DNA of 64,000 bases. Origin: Eledone cirrhosa. Lineage: Eukaryota. The translations under genes were made by a program, and so were the position numbers. This document shows positions 55,301-64,000 of the stretch, one piece after another. The notes below the pieces were generated by a model. That model did no database searches. It had not been told where the DNA came from and worked only from the letters and a program-made list of their open reading frames with translations. How positions within the stretch are numbered: the first letter of the stretch is position 1; each line of letters begins with the position of its first letter. The stretch spans positions 18,848,001 to 18,912,000 of the forward strand of contig OZ024744.1 in assembly GCA_964016885.1 (NCBI GenBank), in the 5' to 3' direction.

Positions 55301-58300
55301 GTGTCACTGTGTATGTCACTGTATGTTTCTGTAAGTTTGTGTCACTGTGTATGTCACTGTGTGTTTCTGTATGTCTGTGTCTCTGTGTATGTCACTGTAT
55401 GTTTCTGTATGTCTGTTTCACTGTGTATGTCACTGTGTCTTTATGTATGTCTGTGTCACTCTGTATGTCACTGTATATTTCTGTATGTCTGTGTCACTGT
55501 GTATGTCACTGTATGTTTCTGTATGTTTGTGTCACTGTGTATGTCACTGTATGTTTCTGTATGTCTGTTTCACTGTGTATGTCACTGTGTCTTTATGTAT
55601 GTCTGTGTCACTCTGTATGTCACTGTATATTTCTGTATGTCTGTGTCAGTGTGTATGTCACTGTATGTTTCTGTATGTCTGTGTCACTCTGTATGTCACT
55701 GTATGTTTCTATATGTCTGTGTCACTGTGTATGTCACTGTATGTTTCTGTATGTCTGTGTCACTGTGTATGTCATTGCATCTTTGTGTATGTCTGTGTCA
55801 CTCTGTATGTCACTGTGTGTTTCTGCATGTCTGTGTCACTGTGTATGTCACTGTGTGTTCCTGTATGTCTCTGTCACTGTGTATGTCACTGTATCTTTGT
55901 GTATCCCTGTGTCACTGTCTATGTCACTGTATGTTTCTGTATGTCTGTTTCACTGTGTATGTCACTGTATATTTGTGTATGTCTGTGTCACTCTGTATGT
56001 CACTGTGTGTTTCTGTATGTCTGTGTCACTATGTATGCCACTGTATGTTTGTGTTGTCTGTGTCATTGTGTATGTCACTGGGTGTTTCTGTATGTCTGTG
56101 TCACTGTGTATGACACTGTGTCTTTCTGTATGTATGTATCACTGTGTATGTCACTGTGTGTATCTGTATGTCTGTGTCACTGTGTATGTCACTAAATGTT
56201 TGTGTGTGTCTGTGTCTCTGTGTATGTCACTGTTTGTTTGCGTGTGTCTGTGTCACGGTGTATGTCACTGTGTGTTTCTGTATGTCTGTGTGACTGTGTA
56301 TGTCACTGTGTGTGTGTGTATGTCTGTGTCACTGTATGTTTCTGTAAGTCTGTGTCACTGTGTATGTCACTGTGTGTTTCTGTATGTATGTGTCACCGTG
56401 TATGTCACTGTATCTTTGTGTATGTCTGTGGCACTCTGTATGTCGTTGTGTGTTTCTGTATGTATGTGTCTCTGTGTATGTCACTGTATATTTGTGTATG
56501 TATGTGTCACTGTGTATGTCACTGTGAGTTTCTCTATGTCTGTGTCACTGTGTATGTCACTGTATGTCTCTGTATGTCTGTGTCACTGTCTATGTCACTG
56601 TATCTTTGGGTATGTCTGTGTCACTGTGTATGTCACTGTGTGTTTATGTATTTCTGTGTCTCTGTGTATGCCACTGTATCTTTGTGTATGTCTGCGTCAC
56701 TGTGTATGTCACTGTGTGTTTCTGTATGTCTGTGTCACTGTGTATGTCACAGTGTGTTTCTGTATATATGTGTCTCTGTGTATGTCACTGTATCTTTGTG
56801 TATGTCTCTGTCACTGTGTGTTTCTGTATGTCTGTGTCACTGTGTATGTCACTGTATGTTTGTGTGTGTCTGTGTCACTGTGTATGTCACTGTGTGTTTG
56901 TGTATGTCTGTGTCACTGTATGTTTCTGTATGTCTGTGTCACTGTGTATGTCACTGTTTGTTTCTGTATGTATGTGTCACTGTGTATGTCACCGTATGTG
57001 TGTGTATGTCTGTGTCATGTTGTATGTCACTGTATCTTTGTGTATGCCTGTGTCACTGTGTATGTCACTGTGTGTTTCTGTATGTCTGTGTCACTGTGTA
57101 TGTCACTGTATGTTTGTGTGTGTCTGTGTCACTGTGTATGTCAATGTCTCTGTGTGTTTCTGTATGTCTGTGTCTCTGTGTATGTCACTGTATCTTTGTG
57201 TATGTATGTGTCAATGTGTATGTCATTGTGTGTTTCTGTATGTCTGTGTCACTGTGTATATCACTGTGTGTTTCTGTATATCTGTGTCTCTGTGTATGTC
57301 ACTGTTTGTTTGCGTGAATCTGTGTCACTGTTTATGTCACTGTGTGTTTCTGTATGTCTGTGTGACTGTGTATGTCACTGTGTGTTTGTGTATGTCTGTG
57401 TCACTGTATGTTTCTGTATGTCTTTGTCACTGTGTATGTCACTGTGTGTTTCTGTATGTATGTGTCACCGTGTATGTCACTGTATCTTTGTGTATGCCTG
57501 TGTCACTGTGTATGTCACTGTGTGTTTCTGTATGTTTGTGTCATTGTGTATGTCACTAAATGTTTGTGTGTGTCTGTGTCCCTGTGTATGTCACTGTGTG
57601 TTTGCGTGTGTCTGTGTCACTGTGTATGTCACTGTGTGTTTCTGTATGTCTGTGTGACTGTGTATGTCACTGTTTGTGTATGTCTGTGTCACTGTGTGTG
57701 TTTCTGTATGTCTGTGTCACTGTGTATGTCATTGCATCTTTGTGTATGTCTGTCTCACTCTGTATGTCACTGTGTGTTTCTGCATGTCTGTGTCACTGTG
57801 TATGTCACTGTGTGTTTCTGTATGTCTGTGTCACGGTGTATGTCACTGTATGTTTGTGTGTGACTGTGTCACTGTGTATGTCACTGTGTGTTTGTGTATG
57901 TCTGTGTCACTGTATGTTTCTGTATGTCTGTGTCACTGTGTATGTCACTGTGTGTTTCTGTATGTCTGTGTCACTGTGTATGTCATTGTATCTTTGTGTA
58001 TGTCTGTGTCACTGTGTCTTTATGTATGTCTGTGTCACTCTGTATGTCACTGTATATTTCTGTATGTCTGTGTCACTGTGTATATCACTGTATGTTTCTG
58101 TATGTCTGTGTCACTGTGTATGTCACTGTGTGTTTCTGTATGGCTGTGTCACTGTGTATGTCACTGTATTTTGTGTATGTCCGTGTCACTGTGTATGTCA
58201 CAGTGTGTTTCTGTATGTCTGTGTCACTGTCTATGTCACTGTATGTTTCTGAATGTCTGTGTCACTGTGTATGTCACTGTGTGTTTGTGTATGTCTGTGT

Positions 58301-61300
58301 CACTGTATGTTTCTGTATGTCTGTGTCACTGTGTATGACACTGTGTGGTTCTGTATGTCTGTGTCACTGTGTATGACATTGTATCTTTGTGTATGTCTGT
58401 GTCGCTGTGTATGTCACTGTATGTTTCTGTATGTTTGTGTCACTGTGTATGTCACTGTGTGTTTTTGTATGTCTGTGTCACTGTGTATGTCACTGTATGT
58501 TTCTGTATGTCTGTTTCACTGTGTATGTCACTGTGTATTTATGTATGTCTGTGTCACTCTGTATGTCACTGTATATTTCTGTATGTCTGTGTCACTGTGT
58601 ATGTCACTGTATGTTTCTGTATGCCTGTGTCACTGTGTATGTCACTGTATGTTTCTGTATGTCTGTGTCACTGTGTATGTCACTGTATATTTGTGTATGT
58701 CTGTGTCCCTGTGTATGTCACTGTATGTTTCTGTATGTTTGTGTCACTGTGTATGTCACTGTGTGTTTCTGTATGTCTGTGTCACTGTGTATGTCACTGT
58801 GTGTTTCTGTATGTTTGTGTCACTGTGTATGTCACTAAATGTTTGTGTGTGTATGTGTCTCTGTGTATGTCACTGTTTGTTTGCGTGTGTCTGTGTCACT
58901 GTGTATGTCACTGTGTGTTTCTGTATGTCTGTGTGACTGTGTATGTCACTGTGTGTTTGTGTATGTCTGTGTCACTGTATGTTTCTGTATGTCTGTGTCA
59001 CTGTGTATGTCACTGTGTGTTTCTGTATGTATGTGTCACCGTGTATGTCACTGTATCTTTGTGTATGCCTGTGTCACTGTGTATGTCACTGTGTGTTTCT
59101 GTATGTTTGTGTTACTGTGTATGTCACTGTGTGTTTCTGTATGTCTGTGTCACTGTGTATGTCACTGTGTGTTTCTGTATGTTTGTGTCACTGTGTATGT
59201 CACTAAATGTTTGTGTGTGTCTGTGTCTCTGTGTATGTCACTGTGTGTTTGCGTGTGTTTGTGTCACTGTGTATGTCACTGTGTGTTTCTGTATGTCTGT
59301 GTCACTGTGTATGTCACTGTATGTTTCTGTATGTCTGTTTCACTGTGTATATCACTGTGTGTTTCTGTATGTCTGTGTCACTGTATATGTCACTGTATCT
59401 TTGTGTATGCCTGTGTCACTGTCTATGTCACTGTATGTTTATGTATGTCTGTTTCACTCTGTATGTCACTGTATATTTGTGTATGTCTGTGTCACTCTGT
59501 ATGTCACTGTGTGTTTCTGTATGTCTGTGTCACTATGTATGCCACTGTATATTTGTGTTGTCTGTGTCATCGTGTATGTCACTGTGTCTTTCTGTATGTA
59601 TGTATCACTGTGTATGTCACTGTGTGTATCTGTATGTCTGTGTCACTGTGTAAGTCATTGTATCTTTGTGTATGTCTGTGGCACTTTGTATGTCGTTGTG
59701 TGTTTCTGTATGTACGTGTCTCTGTGTATGTCACTGTATATTTGTGTATGTATGTGTCACTGTGTATGTCACTGTGTGTTTCTGTATGTCTGTGTCTCTG
59801 TGTATGTCACTGTATCTTTGTGTATGTATGTGTCACTGTGTATGTCACTGTGTGTTTCTGTATGTCTGTGTCACTGTGTATATCACTGTGTGTTTCTGTA
59901 TATCTGTGTCTCTGTGTATGTCACTGTATCTTTGTGTATGCCTGGGTCACTGTGTATGTCACTGTATATTTGTGTATGTCTGTGTCACGGTGTATATCAC
60001 TGTATGTTTGTGTATGTCTGTGTCACTGTGTATGTCACTGTATGTTTCTGTATGTCTGTGTCACTGTGTATATCAATGTGTGTTTCTGTATCTCTGTGTC
60101 ACGGTGTATGTCACTGCATGTTTGTGTATGTCTGTGTGACTGTGTATGTCACTGTGTGTTTCTGTATGGCTGTGTCACTGTGTATGTCACTGTATCTTTG
60201 TGTATGTTTGTATCACTGTGTATGTCACTGTGTGTTTATGTATGTCTGTGTCTCTGTGTATGTCACTGTATCTTTGCGTATGTCTGCGTCACTGTGTATG
60301 TCACTGTGTGTTTCTGTATGTCTGTGTCACTGTGTATGTCACAGTGTGTTTCTGTATATCTGTGTCTCTGTGTATGTCACTGTATCTTTGTGTATGTCTG
60401 TGTCACTGTGTATGTCACTGTATGTTTCTGTATGTATGTTTCACTGTGTATGTCACTAAATGTTTGTGTGTGTCTGTGTCTCTGTGTATGTCACTGTGTG
60501 TTTGCGTGTGTCTGTGTCACTGTGTATGTCACTGTGTGTTTCTGTATGTCTGTGTGACTGTGTATGTCACTGTTTGTTTGTGTATGTCTATGTCACTGTG
60601 TGTGTTTCTGTATGTCTGTGTCACTGTGTATGTCATTGCATCTTTGTGTATGTCTGTGTCACTGTGTATGTCACTGTATGTTTCTGTATGTTTGTGTCAC
60701 TGTGTATGTCACTGTGTGTTTCTGTATGTCTGTGTCTCTGTGTATGTCACTGTATGTTTCTGTATGTCTGTTTCACTGTGTATGTCACTGTGTCTTTATG
60801 TATGTCTGTGTCACTCTGTATGTCACTGTATATTTCTGTATGTCTGTGTCACTGTGTATGTCACTGTATGTTTCTGTATGTCTGTGTCACTGTGTATGTC
60901 ACTGTATGTTTATGTATGTCTGTGTCACTGTGTATGTCACTGTATCTTTGTGTATGTCTGTGTCCCTGTGTATGTCACTGTTTGTTTCTGTATGTTTGTG
61001 TCACTGTGTATGTCACTGTGTATTTCTGTATGTCTGTGTCACTGTGTATGTCACTGTGTGTTTCTGTATGTTTGTGTCACTGTGTATGTCACTAAATGTT
61101 TGTGTGTGTCTGTGTCTCTGTGTATGTCACTGTTTGTTTGCGTGTGTCTGTGTCACTGTGTATGTCACTGTGTGTTTGTGTATGTCTGTGTGACTGTGTA
61201 TGTCACTGTGTGTTTGTGTATGTCTGTGTCACTGTATGTTTCTGTATGTCTGTGTCACTGTGTATGTCACTGTGTGTTTCTGTATGTATGTGTCACCGTG

Positions 61301-63770
61301 TATGTCACTGTATCTTTGTGTATGCCTGTGTCACTGTGTATGTCACTGTGTGTTTCTGTATGTTTGTGTCACTGTGTATGTCACTAAATGTTTGTGTGTG
61401 TCTGTGTCTCTGTGTATGTCACTGTATGTTTGCGTGTGTCTGTGTCACTGTGTATGTCACTGTGTGTGTTTCTGTATGTCTGTGTCACTGTGTATGTCAT
61501 TGCATCTTTGTGTATGCCTGTCTCACTCTGTATGTCACTGTGTGTTTCTGCATGTCTGTGTCACTGTGTATGTCAATGTGTGTTTCTGTATGTCTGTGTC
61601 ACTGTGTATGTCACTGTATGTTTCTGTATGTCTGTTTCACTGTGTATGTCACTGTATATGTGTGTATGTCTGTGTCACTCTGTATGTCACTGTTTGTTTC
61701 TGTATGTCTATGACACTATGTATGCCACTGTATATTTGTGTTGTCTGTGTCATTGTGTATGTCACTGGGTGTTTCTGTATGTCTGTGTCACTGTGTATGA
61801 CACTGTGTCTTTCTGTATGTATGTATCACTGTGTATGTCACTGTGTGTATCTGTATGTCTGTGTCACTGTGTAAGTCATTGTATCTTTGTGTATGTCTGT
61901 GGCACTCTGTATGTCGTTGTGTGTTTCTGTATGTATGTGTCTCTGTGTATGTCACTGTATATTTGTGTATGTATGTGTCACTGTGTATGTCACTGTGAGT
62001 TTCTCTACGTCTGTGTCACTGTGTATGTCACTGTATGTCTCTGTATGTCTGTGTCACTGTCTATGTCACTGTATCTTTGTGTATGTCTGTGTCACTGTGT
62101 ATGTCACTGTGTGTTTATGTATTTCTGTGTCTCTGTGTATGCCACTGTATCTTTGTGCATGTCTGCGTCACTGTGTATGTCACTGTGTGTTTCTGTATGT
62201 CTGTGTCACTGTGTATGTCGCAGTGTGTTTCTGTATATATGTGTCTCTGTGTATGTCAATGTATCTTTGTGTATGTCTGTGTCACTGTGTGTTTCTGTAT
62301 GTCTGTGTCACTGTGTATGTCACTGTATGTTTGTGTGTGTCTGTGTCACTGTGTATGTCACTGTGTGTTTGTGTATGTCTGTGTCACAGTATGTTTCTGT
62401 ATGTCTGTGTCACTGTGTATGTCACTGTTTGTTTCTGTATGTATGTGTCACTGTGTATGTCACCGTATGTGAGTGTATGTCTGTGTCACGGTGTATGTCA
62501 CTGTATCTTTGTGTATGCCTGTGTCACTGTGTATGTCACTGTGTGTTTTTGTATGTCTGTGTCACTGTGTATGTCACTGTATGTTTGTGTGTGTCTGTGT
62601 CACTGTGTATGTCAATGTCTCTGTGTGTTTCTGTATGTCTTTGTCTCTGTGTATGTAACTGTATCTTTGTGTATGTATGTGTCACTGTGTATGTCACTGT
62701 GTGTTTCTGTATGTCTGTGTCACTGTGTATATCACTGTGTGTTTCTGTATATCTGTGTCTCTGTGTATGTCACTGTATCTTCGTGTATGTCTGGGTCACT
62801 GTGTATGTCACTGTATATTTGTGTATGTCTGTGTCACTGTGTATGTCACTGTATGTTTCTGTATGTCTGTGTCACTGTGTATATCAATGTGTGTTTCTGT
62901 ATCTCTGTGTCACGGTGTATGTCACAGCATGTTTGTGTATGTCTGTGTGACTGTGTATGTCACTGTGTGTTTCTGTATGGCTGTGTCACTGTGTATGTCA
63001 CTGTATCTTTGTGTATGTCTGTGTCACTGTGTATGTCACAGTGTGTTTCTGTATGTCTGTGTCACTGTCTATGTCACTGTATGTTTCTGAATGTCTGTGT
63101 CACTGTGTATGTCACTGTGTTTCTGTATGTCTGTGTCACGATGTATGTCACTGTATGTTTGTGTGTGACTGTGTCACTGTGTATGTCACTGTATGTTTGT
63201 GTATGTCTGTGTCACTGTATGTTTCTGTATGTCTGTGTCACTGTGTATGTCACTGTGTGTTTCTGTATGTCTGTGTCACTGTGTATGTCATTGTATATTT
63301 GTGTATGTCTGTGTCACTGTGTATGTCACTGTATGTTTCTGTAAGTTTGTGTCACTGTGTATGTCACTGTGTGTTTCTGTATGTCTGTGTCTCTGTGTAT
63401 GTCACTGTATGTTTCTGTATGTCTGTTTCACTGTGTATGTCACTGTGTCTTTATGTATGTCTGTGTCACTCTGTATGTCACTGTATATTTCTGTATGTCT
63501 GTGTCACTGTGTATGTCACTGTATGTTTCTGTATGTTTGTGTCACTGTGTATGTCACTGTATGTTTCTGTATGTCTGTTTCACTGTGTATGTCACTGTGT
63601 CTTTATGTATGTCTGTGTCACTCTGTATGTCACTGTATATTTCTGTATGTCTGTGTCACTGTGTATGTCACTGTATGTTTCTGTATGTCTGTGTCACTCT
63701 GTATGTCACTGTATGTTTCTATATGTCTGTGTCACTGTGTATGTCACTGTATGTTTCTGTATGTCTGTCT
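48900..63770. repeat. ~7.9-8.0-kb higher-order repeat (HOR-A), two tandem copies (~48.9-56.8 kb and ~56.8-63.8 kb); boundaries approximate
   Basis: ORF offsets are 7896 (49476/57372, 50357/58253), 7972 (51694/59666, 53124/61096) and 8010 (53877/61887, 55183/63193). Shared rare variants include GCGTGAATC (~49417, ~57312) and GTGAGTGTA (~54459, ~62469). Confidence 0.88.
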
Positions 63771-64000
63771 CACTGTGTATGTCACTGTGTGTTTCTGTAT
63801 GTCTGTGTCACTCTGTATGTCACTGTATATGTCTGTATGTCTGTTTCACTGTGTATGTCACTGTATGTTTCTGTATGTCTGTGTCACTGTGTATGTCACT
63901 GTGTGTTTCTGTATGTCTGTGTCACTGTATATGTCACTGTAACTTTGTGTATGCCTGTGTCACTGTTTATGTCACTGTATGTTTCTGTATATCTGTTTCA

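Larger units (their letters stand above)
1..64000. repeat. 38-bp tandem satellite array (12-bp + 26-bp subunits), TG-rich on + strand, continuing past both window edges
   Basis: Consensus GTCACTGTGTATGTCACTGTGTGTTTCTGTATGTCTGT recurs throughout (e.g. 318-355). Consensus composition is T18 G10 C6 A4. All three + frames give the same 38-aa periodic peptide. No inversion or unique insert was seen. Confidence 0.99.

Noticed and set aside
14-63942. Hundreds of long + strand Cys/Val/Met/Ser-rich ORFs resembling metallothionein, keratin-associated or membrane proteins
   Set aside because: They overlap in all three frames with the same periodic peptide, the period is not a multiple of 3, stops and frameshifts occur at variant monomers, and there is no unique domain. 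They are satellite artefacts.
1-64000. CRISPR array or other repeat-spacer system
   Set aside because: There are no unique spacers. The sequence between GTCAC motifs is itself repeated with point variants, and no cas or other gene is present.
1-64000. Telomeric repeat (TG-rich strand bias)
   Set aside because: There are no G-runs such as TTAGGG or TG1-3. The 38-bp variant monomers with kb-scale HORs indicate recombinational satellite evolution rather than telomerase synthesis.
1-64000. A true antigen-receptor locus or an intact transposon
   Set aside because: No V, D or J coding segments, transposase, paired terminal inverted repeats or target-site duplication are visible. Only the RSS-like motif geometry is reported, as a hypothesis.
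1-64000. TGTCA/TGAC transcription-factor sites (TALE homeodomain, WRKY core) twice per monomer
   Set aside because: The motifs are too short and the host is unknown, so no regulatory call is supportable.

Overview
The whole 64-kb window is one uninterrupted, single-orientation satellite array with no unique sequence and no credible gene. The monomer is 38 bp (consensus GTCACTGTGTAT-GTCACTGTGTGTTTCTGTATGTCTGT, a 12-bp plus a 26-bp subunit, roughly 1,700 copies) and looks like a degenerate (TG)n derivative with T at 17 of 19 alternate positions. The long Cys/Val/Met/Ser ORFs arise because the + strand consensus has no stop codon. Shared variant monomers reveal nested higher-order repeats (HORs): a 292-bp dimer, a 2-4 kb landmark cassette, an ~8-kb HOR at both ends, an ~10-kb HOR in three copies in the middle, and a near-perfect 5,707-bp tandem duplication. 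The most striking observation is on the minus strand, where the monomer parses exactly as CACAGTG + 22-nt spacer + ACAGAAACA (7+22+9=38). This resembles a head-to-tail array of V(D)J 23(+/-1)-RSS units; function is unproven and chance resemblance in CA-rich DNA is possible. The organism cannot be identified from this sequence, though a eukaryote is likely.
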